Below, in pieces: positions 19,001 to 33,314 of a stretch of 64,000 bases of DNA (within the stretch, counting starts at the first letter, position 1; every line of letters starts with the position of its first letter). Source of the DNA: Takakia lepidozioides (lineage: Eukaryota; Plantae; Bryophyta); contig CM060734.1 of the NCBI GenBank assembly GCA_030704615.1, forward strand, positions 11,346,001 through 11,410,000, given 5' to 3'. The notes below the pieces were generated by a model that searched no databases, was not told the DNA's origin, and was given only the letters and a program-made list of their open reading frames with translations. The position numbers and the translations under genes are program-made.

Positions 19001-21525
19001 GAAGGAGGACCGATGGAAGGAGGCCCATGCGGGCATGGACGGTGAAGTGGATGTGCCCGGCATGAAACAACTTTCAATCTTCTACGAATTGTCATATTGG
19101 GCGATACATATTCCACAAAAACACCGTCAATATTCCTATGCATGCATGTGATATTGCACATTTGGTATGCGTTGCATTGTCACTTTCACGTAAAAAAAAT
19201 TGTGTAAGTATTTGTGGGTGGGGATATATGTAGGACTTGAAGATTCGCCATCTTCTAGATCCCATGCATATTGAGAAGAATGTTTGCTCGTCCCTTTTTA
19301 GGGTTCTTCATGGCTCGCCGACAAAGAAGGGAGTGGCTGCAAAAGGAGATTCTCTCGGTGTTAGAAAGGAGCTTGAGGAGCAGGGTCGCATGCGCCATCT
19401 ATGGGCCGAACAAAATGGTGTGGACCCAAAGGGTGTTGTATGATGGAAGTATAGGCGCGCACCTTGGCAATGGACAATGGAGGAATACAAGAAAGTGATA
19501 GCCATCATAAGTGCTATCCGAACACCAACTGGTTATGGGTCATTCCTCCGTACGAAGTTCAGCGAAGAAGACGGGGTCCATGGTTTGAAGTCTCATGACT
19601 ACCACAATCTATTGCAAGACATCTTGCCCATTGCAGTACGTGGGGCATTGACTCCCGAGATTCGTGAGACAATCTATAGATTGGGAGGCTTGTTCCGGTG
19701 GATTTGCTCCAAAGAGTTGGAGGAAGCGGATTTTCCACGCATGAAGAAGGAGACGGCGGAGGTAATGTGTATGTTGGAGATGCGCCTTCCTCCCTTATTC
19801 TTTGACATCTAAGTGCACTTGGTAGTGCACTTAGTGGAAGAGGCTTCGATTGCCCCCCGTTCATTCTAGGTGGATGTACTTCCTTGAGTATTATATGAAG
19901 ACTTTGAAAGGATTTGTAAGACAAATGGCGCACCCGGAGGGTAGCATGGCAGAGGGGTATACGTTGCAAGAAGCTATGTTCTATTGCACGGAGTACATGG
20001 CAAGGGTGGATGAGGAAGCCCCTCGGATGTGGAATGGGAGGCAAGATACAATAATCTTGTTCAGCAACAAGAGGAGGAGACACTTGCATGGAGGCAGAAC
20101 CATGGTTACTAGATGCCCACGCATCTTCCTCCGCAGCACTAGTGAAAGATTATTGTGGTTTCATGCACGTCAATGCAGATAGGCTCAACCCTACTCATCG
20201 TCCCTCCGATGAGCCTTTTTCACGGCCTTCAGACATGGAGCAAGTTTTATTCTCCGATGACAAAACAAGAGGGGGGAATTGGAAGGTGGTTGTGCATGCT
20301 CAGCCAAGAGGAAGACGTATCTATCATGGTCTCGGATCTCCATGGGGTGAGGCAATTGCGGTAGACGGAGAGACTGGTCATAATGATGCTGATGATGGAG
20401 GTTGGGTAGAGGGGGTAGAAGAGGACGATGACGCCCGGACAATGCATCCCGGACCCTATATAATGAAGCTCCAGAAATACGGATATTGGAGAAGGAGACG
20501 AAGACACGGCCACTGACAACAAGGTGGAGGATGATTCGGAGGTGCCTTTTGAGGGCCAGGCCATTTATGACGATGACTCCGATTACCAAGAAGACTTGCA
20601 GCTTGATAAGGATGAAGAAGCTCCAGATGATGATGTTCAAGTTGATTAGACACAAAATCAAAGCTACATAATAATTCTCGCACCGAACTGTACCCATCCC
20701 TTCAATTGATTGTACATATACATGCATATTGTAGCTTATTTCTATGATTGATCAAATATGGCTGTGGCTGGTAGTCTTTCAAGAAAGAAGGCAGAGGCAA
20801 TGAATATGTTGGAGAACCACATACAGATGTGGTATCAAGAGAATTATCAAAATGAATGTCACAATCTACAAGAAGGTCCACAACAACAAGCTAAACCATA
20901 AAGAAAAAAAAACACTCTACCCCAGTTTCATATGAAAAAAAAAAAAAAAAAAAACCCCAAAGGCCCTAAACCTAAACCTAGAAAGCACTGTCGTCGCTGC
21001 CTGCAACCCCCACGCGTCTCAAACTGCGACGCGTTTTTTTGGATTTATCTGGCCGGGGTTCGCAAACGGCGACGGCAAACCATCGCAAACTGTGACTTGT
21101 TTTTTTGTTTTGAAAGAATAGGGCAGCCGGGCAGTTTGCGACGCCCGGCTGTTGCAGGGGCCTTTTGCCCTTCATGCCACCATGCGACGGCCTGACGTCG
21201 CAAGAAATGGCTGCGATGAAAGAAAGGGCAAGAAAGGGTTTTTTTTTTCGGCGTGCGACGACCGGCCATTGCCAGAAAGGGCTGCCTTCTGCCCTTCGCT
21301 TGGGGGCGACGCTTGGGCGTCGCACGGAAGGGCTGTCTTTTGCCCTTCATCCACCCGTGCAACGGCCAGGCGTCGCCGCCTGGCCCTCGGCGCCAGGTGG
21401 CGACCCGCGGGTTTGGTTGCGACGGCCCCAGCGTCGCAAACAGGCTCCGCGGGGTTGGCGTCGCACGCTCGGTGCCGCGCGGGGCGCGGCTGGCATCACA
21501 AACACCCCCCCCATTTTCTGTAGTG
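19000..21525 (+). mobile_element. CACTA (En/Spm) transposon, right part, with a TNP2/TnpD pseudogene
   Basis: 'IRHLLDPMHIEKNV', 'GLKSHDYH', 'PPLFFDI*VHLVVHL', 'RWMYFLE...PEGSMAEGY' (DUF4218-type) and 'DEPF...QV.F...WKVV' (DUF4216-type). Ends in the reverse complement of CACTACAGAAAAT. Confidence 0.93.
20985..21525. repeat. CACTA subterminal GCGACG/CGTCGC repeats and terminal inverted repeat
   Basis: Many GCGACG/CGTCGC words in both orientations; ATTTTCTGTAGTG ends at 21525. Confidence 0.9.
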
Positions 21526-23270
21526 GCCGATCGCCTACAAAAGGTTGGACTGTTCTCTATCGTTTATGGACTTGGGATGCAATCGAAGGTGGTCTCGAAG
21601 GAGGTACCGGAGGGGGTTTGCCCGAGATGGACCGGCATTAGATGGTCCGGCATGTGAGGAATCGCGAGTTTGCTACGCAACACGTCGGTTAAGGTGGAAT
21701 TGTAGTGGCAGGTTGTCATCATCCGAGGCTTCAACTTCCACCCGGTCCAATGTAGCAGAATGATGCGTGCATGTGGAAAACAGTCAACCCTGTTGCTCCT
21801 TGATGCCCACTATGTTGGTGGGGAGCTAGATGGGTTTTGGCATTGTGGTGGAGTTGGTCATATCGGTGAGGCATGTTCCCGTCCCGTCGACTGTACAATG
21901 GGTTCGGCACCATTGTTTGTATGAACAGGGTTGCATACGTCGCTCGGTCCTGATAGTTCATCTCCCCTAAGCTCTATTGGGGCACTGTCGGTGGCTTCAG
22001 CGTGTAGTGGGGGGCGAGGGTCGATCCCAACTTCATTATGAGGACCATGTTCTGGGGAGGACACAATTGCAGCTTCACCTTTATCTGTGATACGTACTTC
22101 CTCAAGAAGGTCATCAAATGTCGGCTGGATATAGGCATCCTCCTCTGTGAACGTAAACGGTTCATGAGCATTGTCGGGAGCATCATCGGACCCATCTTCA
22201 CTATCGGAGGCAGATGACTCCCTCTGAGATGATTCCCTGTGAGACTCAGTATCGTCACTCATCAAATCTTCCTCAGAAGCAGAGTCTTCCTCAGAAGCAG
22301 AGTCTTCGGAATGCAAAAAATCCTCTCATACCATGCTGCAGCATTATCCGCTGCCCTTTCACGTAGCAGTCGGCAATTGGTATCCACATACACCAATTTG
22401 TCAGCCCTCGCATGATTCAACCTGTTGTGAATCTTATTGTGAACAAATGAGTAACTACTCTAATTGCGTTCGCAAGATGAGGCAGAGCACACTTGGGCAA
22501 GAATACGCTTCGCAATGGGAGCCAATGTTCTTGCTCCAGCTCCAATCAAATCCCACCATTCATGTGGCAACATATTGAGCTCTTTTGGATCCGGCATGTC
22601 CTCAAAAGGGTCGCGGCGATCTGAGAAGCATTGGTACTCGGATATAGCTCTCTCTGCCATGTTTGGCGGAGCCAGTCCCATGAGCACTCGCACGAGGCCG
22701 GCCTTGGCATCAGCGTCGTCTCGGAGCATGGTATTGTCGAGCAATAATGGATTGAGCAAAGCCCCCGCATAATGCAAGTCCGTTTGAACCATCAACTGAC
22801 GGTCGTAAAATGCATCATCAGCACTGTCCGCAAGTTCAGGTTCCAAGGAGAAGGGAGGATGCCTCAGGGATTGGACATGCTTCTCAAGATTTTGCATTAA
22901 TAACCATGCTTTGCCCATTACTGGTTGCTTTCCATCAAACTCCCGCAAGACGATTAACACCGGCTCTACCATATAAACAAAGTTTTCACATTTCTTCCAG
23001 AAATCATCGCTGCGAATGATGTTCCGAACTTTTCAACTTTTGCCCAATGACTTGGCTTTTCTGGAGTCCCGCAATGTCTGTGTGTACGCATCCCATTGAG
23101 GATCGATGATGGTGTGCTCCAAACTGCTCTTCACCATCACCAACCGATCCACCATCAAGAAGTTAGTGGCAAAACAAGTTTCGCCTGGATTCCGGAGGCT
23201 GTATTTGGGTTCATGCCTCCTATATATTGCCAAAGGGATGTGGTGCAACGGCAAAAGGTGCGCACCCTCC
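21526..23270 (-). mobile_element. hAT transposase pseudogene fragment (DUF659 type with dimerisation domain)
   Basis: 'PGETCFATNFLM', 'FW...VEPV..VLREFDG', 'LHYAGALLNP', 'PHEWW...LAPIAKRILAQVCSASSCERN*S', then an acidic tail. 5'-truncated; bounded on the left by the CACTA end. Confidence 0.9.
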
Positions 23271-23552
23271 TCTTGGGCTACACTCTCGTTCAATGGAAGA
23301 GAACATCCAAAGCAACCTCAAGTGTTTGCGCCAAAAGAAGTGAGGAGCTTGGTGACCCTGCTCCCTTATATATGCTCCAGGAAGGATGAAAGTGAAATGA
23401 ATAAATGACGAACCAATAGCGCCCACCCGAAAAAGGCGGTACAACCATATTTGTTATAATTTTAAAATTAAGCGACCGCTAATACTGCGATCACTATTTT
23501 TATTTTTTATGAAGCAGTTTGCATTCTGTAGTCTTGATTTGTGGCAATTATA

Positions 23553-24197
23553 TCACTGGTAACTGGGTAGTTGTGCGTGTTCCTGTGGCCTGCAGTCAAG
23601 CTTTTTGCAAGTTGGGGGATATTGCAGCAGTTTGCATTTAGTATTTATAGTATAGTAGTCATGTGTGTAACATTTGGAAATAAATGGCCTTTTGTTGTGC
23701 CCCTGAGTAAGAGAATTAGGGGGTAGCAGCATGAACCTTGGGCAATTTTGGGGTATATGGAATTGACATATCTTTTTGAAGCTGTTGTGGGGCCTAGAGG
23801 TGGTGGGGCGCACAAGGGGGAATACATGGTATTGCAACTCTGGTGTTAGGGTGTGGCACTGGAGAGGGTAGTGGGTTAGTGTTTGGCTTATCATCCTAAC
23901 ACACAAAGGCGTAGATTGCCTGAAAATATTGGTATTTTTAAGGAGGGAGGTTGGTGATTGAGGTCCCATTTGACTATTACAGAGTGTTTCTACTTGGTAC
24001 AATTTATGTGCGCAGCGATTAAGTTCCTGAATGGATGCAGCTAGGGGGGTTTTAGATTGAGTCATTGTGGGAGAAGTATAGCTGCTCACAAGTGGAGAGA
24101 TATATTGTTGCTGTACTTTGAGGCTGTACTTGGGGGTTTGTTTAAGTTGCAGCCTAGGTGTGATGTAGGTGACGGGGTCAATTGTGTGTTGTGGTAA
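23553..24197 (-). mobile_element. Possible LINE ORF2 fragment
   Basis: A/C-rich coding-like minus strand with a T/P/Q-rich translation, similar in composition to the LINE piece at 6894-7300. No diagnostic motif. Confidence 0.25.
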
Positions 24198-25750
24198 GTG
24201 GATATATCAATATTAAGCCTCGACAGGGGAGATTGCAAAAATAGCAAAGTGGGCTTTCCTGGGACAATGATTGGAGCCTCGACGGGAGATATATCCCCAA
24301 CACCAAAAAAAACAAAAAAAACACCTCCCGAAGGGAGCGTATTTATGGTGTCTCTTCACCACACTTGGGCTATTGCCTTCCAGCTGAAAGGTGGAATCCT
24401 TCATGACACATCAGACCGTGGTTTGAACGAACCCACAACCACATCCAATGTGGTATATGCCCATTACCACTGGGCTACATGCTGGTTGTCGCGATAGTTA
24501 TCAATAATGATTGGATATATTACTACTCAATAAATTCATGGAAAAAATAAATGGGGCCTTGACATGAGAGACGTACTTGGATACATAGGAGATTGCACAT
24601 GGGTTTAGATGACATTGGACACTTGGGCCTCTACATGGGAGATGCACTTGGATACATGAATAGAAAATCGCATTTGGGCTTAGATGGGCCTCGACATAGG
24701 AGACGCACCGGGATGCATAAAAGATCTTACACTTGGGCTTAGATGGCACTAGACACTTGGGCTAAAAGCATAGGCTATCCTAGAGGTCGCATTTGGGCCT
24801 CGACATAGGAGACGCACTTGGATATATAGGGGATTGCACTTGGACTTATATGACACTCGACACTTGGGCCAATAGCACATGCTACCCTAGATATCAACTT
24901 ATAGAAATATGAACAATTTTGGTTGTGAAAATTTAACTAAATTACACTAGAGGTCGCACTTGGGCCTTTACATGGGAGACGCACTTGGATACATAGGAAA
25001 TTGCAATTGGTCTTAGATTTTCAATTCTTCACACATGGGCCAATGGCACAGGCTACCCTAGAGGTCACACTTGGGCCTCAACATAGGAGACGCATTGGGA
25101 TACATATCAGATCTTGCACTTGAGCTTAGATGACACTGGACACTTGGGCCAATGGCACAGGCTATCTTAGAGGTCGCATTTGGGCCTCGACGTAGGAGAC
25201 GCACTTGGATATATAGGGGATTGCACTTGGACTTAGATAACACTGGACACTTGGGCCAACGGCACAGGCTACCCTAATCAATATATGAAGCAAGTCAGTT
25301 TGTTTGTTTTGTTTTGTTTTGTTTTGTAGCATTGAGATGTCCCAAACCGCGGGGCCCCGGCACTGGTGCTTGGTACCATTGGAAAGCCCTCGACAATGAG
25401 GGGTGCACTGGCTTGGTCTCATGACTTTTGGACTTGTGGTGTGGGAGATATGGAATTTCAAGTACTTTTGGTCGTTGGAAATTCGCGAAAAATAGCAAAG
25501 TGGGCATTCCTGGGACAATGGTTGGAGCCTTGACAGGAGAGATATCAAGGAAAAGGTCTCCGGTTCAAATCTGGTCGTAGGCTCTGTGGTAAAATAATGA
25601 TTAGACTTAGATGACTTAAATGACATTGGACACTTGGGCCAATGGCATAGGCTACCCTAGAGGTCGCATTTGGGCCTCGACATAGGAGACGCACTTGGAT
25701 ACATAGGAGATTGCACTTGGACTTAGATTTTAATTCTTCACACATGGGTT
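24198..25750 (-). repeat. Composite interspersed repeat: ~100-bp minisatellite units plus a (CAAAA)n-containing module
   Basis: Repeated 'CTAGAGGTCGCATTTGGGCCTCGACATAGGAGACGCACTTGGATA' units; (TTTTG)n at about 25300-25325. Confidence 0.85.
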
Positions 25751-27946
25751 AACGTGTCGTGCGCATATATATCGCTACACAACTACATCGTTGTCCAAAA
25801 CCACACAACACATGTGCACACCAAACACTAGTCCATCACTAGGCTGCCACTAGCCACCACTAGTGCTGCCACTAGTCCATCACAAGTTCTTGTGAATTTG
25901 GACGAGCAACAGCTTTCCATAAAGCTGCCCCCTTCTCTATCACGCCTGCACTGCCACATCCATCCTTGAGAACACTACAATTTCACCAACAAGCAGCTGT
26001 ATCTCTGTTTGTGATTTACTCCCACTGAAGAAGAATAAACATGCCAAACATCAAAATTAAATAATAAACGTGGCACGACGAGAACCAAATCATGACGGAA
26101 AAATATTTGCACGAAGAAACTAAAACACAACATTTCACAGCTTTCTTGAACCTACAAGCCTTCTTGAAATTAAACAATGTTCTATGTTTGATGTCAGTTT
26201 CACCCTTCCACCTGATTTGAGATCAACCCTAAGATGCCATCATGTTCGACATACTTGTCATTCATGGAACTTTGAAGTGGTATGCTGGAACTACCTTGTG
26301 CAAGAGAATCAGGGAAAAGAGAGCTCAGTGGAGGTAGCAGCAAAGAATAGTGGGATACTTCAGAGCCAAAAAGACGTGTGTATGAGTATAAGCATGCCAA
26401 CAAAGGAACAAGAAGAGACATTGCACACTCCAAAGCAAGATGAAGAACAGGGGAAATGAAATGGTCCTATATAATGTCCGCGGAAAGCTCATAGAGCTTA
26501 TGGGACAAAATGAGGAACATGGGAGAAAAGCATGCCTGCCTTCATGTCCACACGGTCTACTTTTCGATAGAAGGCAAACATGCCCTGAATCTTTGATTGT
26601 CGTGCATCATACTCAAAGTTGTCGGCAAGGAATAATTGTCCAGAAACATTACTTCATCAAGAGCACCACCACCACAAGCAAGGTCCAAGCATCGACCCTG
26701 ACCAACTCAGAGCAACATGGAGGGTACATGGCAATGTGCCGTACTTCCACCCCTTCATTTGTGTAGACAGAACATAACCAACTTAAGGAGCTTCTACTCC
26801 AGGTGGTCCACCATACATGACGTAATTCTGCACTGCACAGGTGTGTACTAGTTGAGCCTAAAAGCTTCTACAACCCAAGATCATTCGGTATATGACTTTG
26901 TATCTATGTGCCGTGCTGCACTACACTACATAAAGCGATGCAATTACATATATAGCAACAAAAAACAAGGTTGCATTTGTGGCTCACCTTAAGTTGCATG
27001 TGTTGGATCCCTTGGAGACATCACAGTTCACGGACAATCTCTCAAAAACTTAAACCCTAAAAACCATAACAAAACGTAGCTCGGTCATGCGTTACGCGCC
27101 TCCTCACGTATTAAATTAACCCCAGTTACGGCCCAACTCAACGTTTTCTTCATTGGTGATTTATCGCCAGATTTCGACCTCAAGAAAAACAAACGGAATA
27201 TTTTGCAGTAAATTCTCTGTTTTTTCATGGATGAAATCGCCAAACTTCTCCAAATAAAAAATAAATTGTGGATGAATTCGCCAAATATGGATGATAATGG
27301 ATTAAAGTATGGATGTGGATGATTGTATCCTAATTTCAGTGGATGAACAGAATGTACGACTATTTTTCACAAAACTCTCTAGCCACTCGTGCTGTTTTTC
27401 AAATTTATAAAAACAAATTGGGGCCCAACTTTTATTATGGATGGATTTACCATTTATTTCCTTTGAACAAAACCGTAAAATTTGCTTAATGTCCAACGAA
27501 TTTACAGAGCCTCAGCCAGTGGTGTGAGGAAGTGTTTCGTATAGGGGCCATTAGGGTTAGTGAACCCTCCAAGTTATAGATTCCCATACATGACATTGGG
27601 TATTCATCTCATCATGGTATATCAGAGAGTCCATCTGAGCCAATGACAATCTAGTTACAGCGAAATAAAATGTTAATCTATGTGATGGCAGGGATATTAT
27701 GCTATAAAGCATAACATTGTTTCCAGCATTGCTCCTCTTTACCTTGCATCAATTATGCAGTTGACACTAAGTCATGATTATACATGAAATGCATGTGCAG
27801 AGGCTGGATGTATTGAGGTGTTGGAATGTGACTGGTATGGGCATTGTGATCCTGATACTTAATTTCTCCTTTTGTTGAGATAAGTGGAGCTACATGGGGA
27901 TAACACATTAGTTTCCCCTGTTCTTTTCCCTGTTTGTTCAAGTATA

Positions 27947-28960
27947 CTAGGGTAGCCTATGTCGTTGGCCCAAGTGTCCAGTGTCATCTAAGCCCAAATG
28001 CAATCCCCTATGTATCCCAGTGCGTCTCCTATGTCGAGACCCAAGTGCGACCTCTAGAGTAGTCTGTGCCGTTGGCCCAAGCGTCCAGTGTCATCTATCT
28101 CCAAGTGCAATCCCCTATGTATCCAGAGGCCCCACTCTTTGGGAGATCTAGGGTAGCCTGTGTCGTTTGGCCCCATGTGCAATCTTGTATCCAAGTGCGT
28201 CTCCTATGTCAAGGCCCAAGTTGACCTCTACGGTGGCTTCTGCCGTTGGCCCATGTGTGAATAATTGTAGGCCCATCTAAGCCCAGTGTGCAATCTTTTA
28301 TGTATCCAAGTGCATCTCCCATGTAGATGCCCAAGTGTCCACTGTCATTTAAAACCAAGTGCAATTTCTTATGTATCCCAGTGCGTCTCTTATGTTGAGG
28401 CCCAAGTGCGACCTCTAGTGTAGCCTATGCCGTTGGCCTATGTTTGAAAAATTGAAATCTAAGCCCAAGTGCAATCTTCTATTCATGTATCCAAGTGCAT
28501 CTCCCATGTAGAGGCCCAAGTGTAACCTCCAGTGTCCACTGCAATCCCCATATCCAAAGACCTACAATTTGGGAGATCTCTATGTCATTGCCCACTTTGC
28601 TATTTTTGCAATCTCCCCTGTCGAGGCTTCATATATTGATATATCCACTTTGCTATTTTTTGTGAATTTCCAGCGACCAAAAGTATTTGAAATTCCAAAT
28701 CTCCCACATGAAGGGCCAATCATTGCTCCAGGAAAGCCCACTTTGCTATTTTTCTCGAATTTCCAACGACCCAAAGCACTTGAAATTCCAGATCTCCCAC
28801 ACCGCTGGTCCAAAAATCATGAGACCAAGCCGGTGCACCCCTCCTCACCGAGGGCTTTCCAACGACACCAAGCACCCACGTTGGGGCCCGTGGTTTGGGA
28901 GATCTCAACGACGCTACAAAACAAAACAAAACAAAACAAACGTCTCGCTTCATATATTGA
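27947..28960 (+). repeat. Second copy of the same composite repeat, inverted orientation
   Basis: Reverse-complement units 'TATCCAAGTGCGTCTCCTATGTC..GGCCCAAG'; module with GAGGGCTTTCCAACGA and (CAAAA)n at about 28917-28940. Confidence 0.85.
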
Positions 28961-29005
28961 TGGAGCTCATCGGGCAAACACTCTAGTTTACCTGGTACTT
29001 TCCCA

Positions 29006-29301
29006 TGTTATTCAGATGTCAAAGGAAAGGTCACGGGAAAATAGGGCCCACCCTCAAAAGGGGGCAGTAGCCGCAAGGCGAAGTGACTCTTAGTTACGCC
29101 GGCCTCGGCCGGAGTCTTCTCTTTCTCTCTCACGGGGAAAAGAAAAAACTCCTTTTACAACTCTTTCCACACAAGACAAACGTACATCGTTCCCTGTTGC
29201 TACTCAGGGACGTTCCGAAAGCTCCTTGTGTCTCCGGATTGCCGGACTCGCCAGGAATCTTTCTGATCATTATAGGACCTAGTTATAAGTCTAAAATAAC
29301 A
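29006..29301. repeat. Possible solo LTR (296 bp)
   Basis: Perfect 7-bp terminal inverted repeat TGTTATT...AATAACA. The flanks (TCCCA/TGCAT) do not form a TSD. Confidence 0.3.
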
Positions 29302-32300
29302 TGCATTCTATAGAGGCCGGCCTGTGAAACTTAGAACTGATTTTGCATGCACGTATGATATCAGATATATGTTTCCCAGCAAGCCTACAAGGTATGAATT
29401 AGAGAGTACAGTCTACCCTAGATAAATGTTACCTCTATGAATGTTAAACTACCATAAATGTTAAGAAAATTTTACTCCCCTACTTGTGCACACTAGCAAA
29501 TGTTGTGTTATTTGTTAACAATTGTTTACTCTCTCTTTGTTAATTTGCCCTCCATAAATGTTAAGTGTACCATAAAGGCATCACCTAAGAGGAGAAAGTA
29601 GTATAAGTTCCAACTAGATTATGATAAGATTCCATCTTAAAACATAATCAATCAGAAGACCAAAAAGTAAGTTGGAGGTACCGTACAAACCTAGCTTATT
29701 AGGCAATATTAATTCAAAAGGTACATTCACACCTGTGGATTGGCTCGACTTAATATATGAGTGATGTTTTCATGTGCAAGTATGTGAGTTTGAGAGAGCT
29801 TGTGTGCTTGTATCTTCCTTTCTTCATCACTCGAGAAAGATCAGCTCGAGTCTGTGAGTGTCAGGTTCGAGTTAGTTGTAGCACTTGTGTTTTCAGATCA
29901 TGAGAAACGGTTCAGCCTAGAGTGCAGGGATCCGTGCATGAGCCTATCCAAAGCGGATAGAGTGCAAAGGCGAACAGGTTGCAGGTTTGCCATGGATAGA
30001 GAGGCGGGTAGCCTATGTTGAAGAGCGGCGTTGCATAGCTCCATAGCTCGGCGGCAGCAGGTGCAGGAGCAAACCCCAGCGCGGGGAGAGCTCGGGAACG
30101 CGTGGGAACGTCCGGGAACGCATGAGAACTCGTTGGGAGTTCCAGGGAACGCAGGGAATAATGGCCGTGATAGGCCGTGGGGGCGGTATCACGAGATACC
30201 ACGAGCCTAGGCCGTGACTGTTGACCGTGACCGTTGACCGTGACCGTTGGAAGCCGTGGTGCGGACACAACGGATGGGCACGGTGACCAGATCGTGGGGA
30301 TGGCGGGCCGTGAAGGCTGGTGGGAGTGGTACCATGGGGTATCACGGGGCAGCCCGTGGCCAACGAGCGCCTAGGGCGGGCCGGGAGGAGTCACGGCGGT
30401 TGGAGCCACGGAAGGCCGTGAACAGGCAGAGTGAAAAAATAAATAAAATAAAATAAAATAAAATCTTTTTTTCACTCGTTTCGTGGGACCTTGATGGGGA
30501 GGCTGGGCTCTGTAGAACAACGGTTTTGAGCTAGCTGATCCGGCAGAAAAGTCGGAATTGCCTCCCTGTTGCGTTTTAACAAAGGGGATTACTTCCCGCA
30601 GATAATCTTTTCGGGTTTTCAGCCCAATTCTTAACTATGGGGGAGACCAGCCTGCAGGTAATTCCTTTGGACAGAATGTTGTTGGGGCCCATATGTACCT
30701 CTATTTGCTCCATTTTTGAACCTTCAGTGAATGGCGTGGTTTCCTGAGGTGGTTCCATTCTGACGAATGGCTGGTGGACATAAGGAGGCACTGGCGGACC
30801 CTGTGGAGGCTTGCATGGGGCCTTGGAGGCCAAGTTTCATGAGCTCGTGGAGGGCGGTTTGAGGAGTGTCTACAGGATGCTCTCATGGTCATGCAAGTGA
30901 GAGAAGAGATGGAAAAAAAAGGGTGTTGGGATGAGAGCATGCTGGGGATAGGCATTGCTTTAGCTTCCCTTCCTCGTAGCCTTCTACCTTCTTTGTAGGC
31001 CGAGACCTTTCCGTAGGTGAAGGCAAGAGTCAATCCGGTTTTGGGCTGGGTTGCAGGAGCGACACTGTGGAGTTGTTTTTGGTGTGGGGGAGTTGTTGTT
31101 TTCATTCTTGTGGATCCCCTCCACACTTGCATGCTTGATTGTGTGCCATGCTAGTTTTGTGTGGGCGCTTGATTTTATAGGTGGTTGACTCGGGCTTGAT
31201 CGCCGATCCAACCCTAGAGCATGCTGTCGATGGTGAGGCTGGGTTGATGACCAGTCAGACCATCTTTGTTTCTCCTGTGGTGAGGTTGGAGGTGATGACC
31301 AGCCAACCATGGGAGTGCCTGCGGTGGATGCAGGTGCAGGTGCACGCTATGTTAGGAACCTAGTATTTAAACCATAAACCGCATCAGGTTCTCTACCCGG
31401 ATACCTTGTGGAGAGGGGGTTAGAGACAGGTTCATGACCGGTTGAGTGTCAGTTTGTCAACACGGAGGTGCCACTAGTTGCTGGGGAAACTGCCGGTACG
31501 AGCACTAGCGATACTAACGGGTATACGAGACGAGGTGTGCGGTTTAGGCCACCTTCACCTCCTGTGTCTTCTACGGAAGGTTCTGATTCGGATTGTGAAT
31601 TAGGAGAATTCACACCGGCGGTGTAAGTTGTTTCCTTGCCATTGTTGTGGGACACAATGGAGGAGATGTATGGAGCCACCAAGGGGCCACGTAGGTACTC
31701 TGGGGCGGTGGGCACCATTGATTGCCCAGAGGGAGGCAATGGTTTGGCACCGACACAACCTGCACAGTTGCAGTGTGGGCATTGTGGCAAGTACGGGCAT
31801 GGAGAGGCCTAGTGCTATGGTTTGCATCCTGAGTTGCGCCCAGGCCAGTTCCAAGGGAACAATGGTGGCCGGGGGCGAGGTGGAGCAGCCCAGAGAGGAC
31901 GAGGTGGCCAGGCACGAGGTGTAGGCCAAGGGCAAGCTCAACATGGCCAAAGACGCGGAGGTCAGGGTGGTGACCAAAGCATGGCCAACCGGCTTCAACA
32001 GCTAGAGCAGAGGCTCGCTGCCATGGCCACAACTCAGGTGGTACCGGCTCCAAGGCCGGATGGTCCACCTCCTGCTCTTGTGGGAGGAGACATGGGAGGC
32101 ATGGGATTCATGTGCGGGGGAGCACTACCACTAGTGAGGGGTGCCACTACCGCTACCACTATGGTGGGGCACCACTACCACTAGTGTCGGGTAGCACTAC
32201 CACTACCACTATCACTATGTGCGGGGCACGACTACCACTAGTGTAAGTGGAATCAGCTGCGGCATTGACTCGAGGAGCAACACGAGTTCCTGAGCCACGG

Positions 32301-32487
32301 GGTGCGGAGGTGGAGTTGGATCCACGGCGTGGGAAGGCAAGCCGTCAGGCCAGGCTTCCTCAGTCATTCACATTGGCGGAGACAGTGTCGATGCCGTCCA
32401 TTGCACCTAGTTCTCGCCCGACTGTTACCGAGGCGGAGGTTACTATGCCATTGGGGAGAGCTACACAGGCAGCACCACTACCCTACA

Positions 32488-32920
32488 GTGGGGTCACGGA
32501 CTCATCGTCCACGGCCATGGTGGACTAACTTGATGCCACCTGCACTGCTCAAGCATGCATTTGATGGGGTGCAGCGGCCAGCACACCTCACAGTAGATAG
32601 CATTTTGGACACAGGGAGGCAGTCTCAGCGTGTGAGACACAAAGACCGTTCGCCTTTGGCAGTGGTCAACAAGGTGGGTCAACCACGAGCAGCACTACCT
32701 ACACTGCTCAGCTTCCCAGGATCGTATGCTTTCCGGGATAGTGGACCTGGCCTCTTGTGGGATGCTCAGTTGCAGCAGTTAGTGGAGCCTAATGTCGATG
32801 AGCGAGATCGGGCTATGGGTTTTTCCACTGGGACCACGACGGTGCCTTTTCTTTCTGAGCATCACGTCGTCAGGTGTTGGGGCAAGCGATGGATCTCAAT
32901 TGCTTGACCTGGATTATCAT
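32488..32920 (+). pseudogene. C-terminal half (motifs VIII-X) of a DNMT3-like C5-cytosine methyltransferase inside the gypsy element
   Basis: 'GSRTHRPRPWWTNL' resembles DNMT3 AHRARYFWGNL; 'ERDRAMGFSTGTT' resembles EMERVFGFPVHYT; 'RRQVLGQAMD' resembles RQRLLGRSW. Frameshift at about 32864; motifs I-VI absent. Confidence 0.75.
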
Positions 32921-33314
32921 CTTGGCTATGGCTGAACAACGTAGAGTGCAGAGTGCACTTCCCTCGACGGTCACTCTCCCTACCGAGACGGTACAGGCAG
33001 TGAGTGGGAGCGAGCCGGTGAGGACCACAGGGTGTAGACATCCATGGCACACGTGGGAGGTGCTCGAGGTTCAGAGGGAGTTGGCAGCCAAGGCGGCTGT
33101 GATGGATGAGGTTGGGGATTCTTCTCAGGTTGAGGAGGTCCTCAAGGATGAGATGATGGGGCAGGATGAGGCCTTGTCATTGATTGAGCAGGCAGGGAGT
33201 ACTGCTCAAGAGGTTGCGGCATAGCAACCACGGGACGCGTCTTCTACCTCTAAGTCTGCTGGACTGAAGGTTGCAATTACGGAGGACAATTGGGAGCCTG
33301 ACATTGGACCCATT

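Noticed and set aside
20964-20980. Telomere-like CCCTAAACCTAAACCTA (also a single AAACCCTAA at ~27053)
   Set aside because: Too short and degenerate to be an interstitial telomere array.
27613-27630. PBS-like TGGTATATCAGAG
   Set aside because: It has a 2-nt insertion relative to the tRNA-Met PBS and no supportable adjacent LTR or retroelement ORF.
29700-31600. 5' LTR of the gypsy element
   Set aside because: I found no matching repeat after 38214, so the LTRs could not be defined. The GGGAAC and CCGTGA microrepeats at ~30090-30420 are treated as internal sequence.
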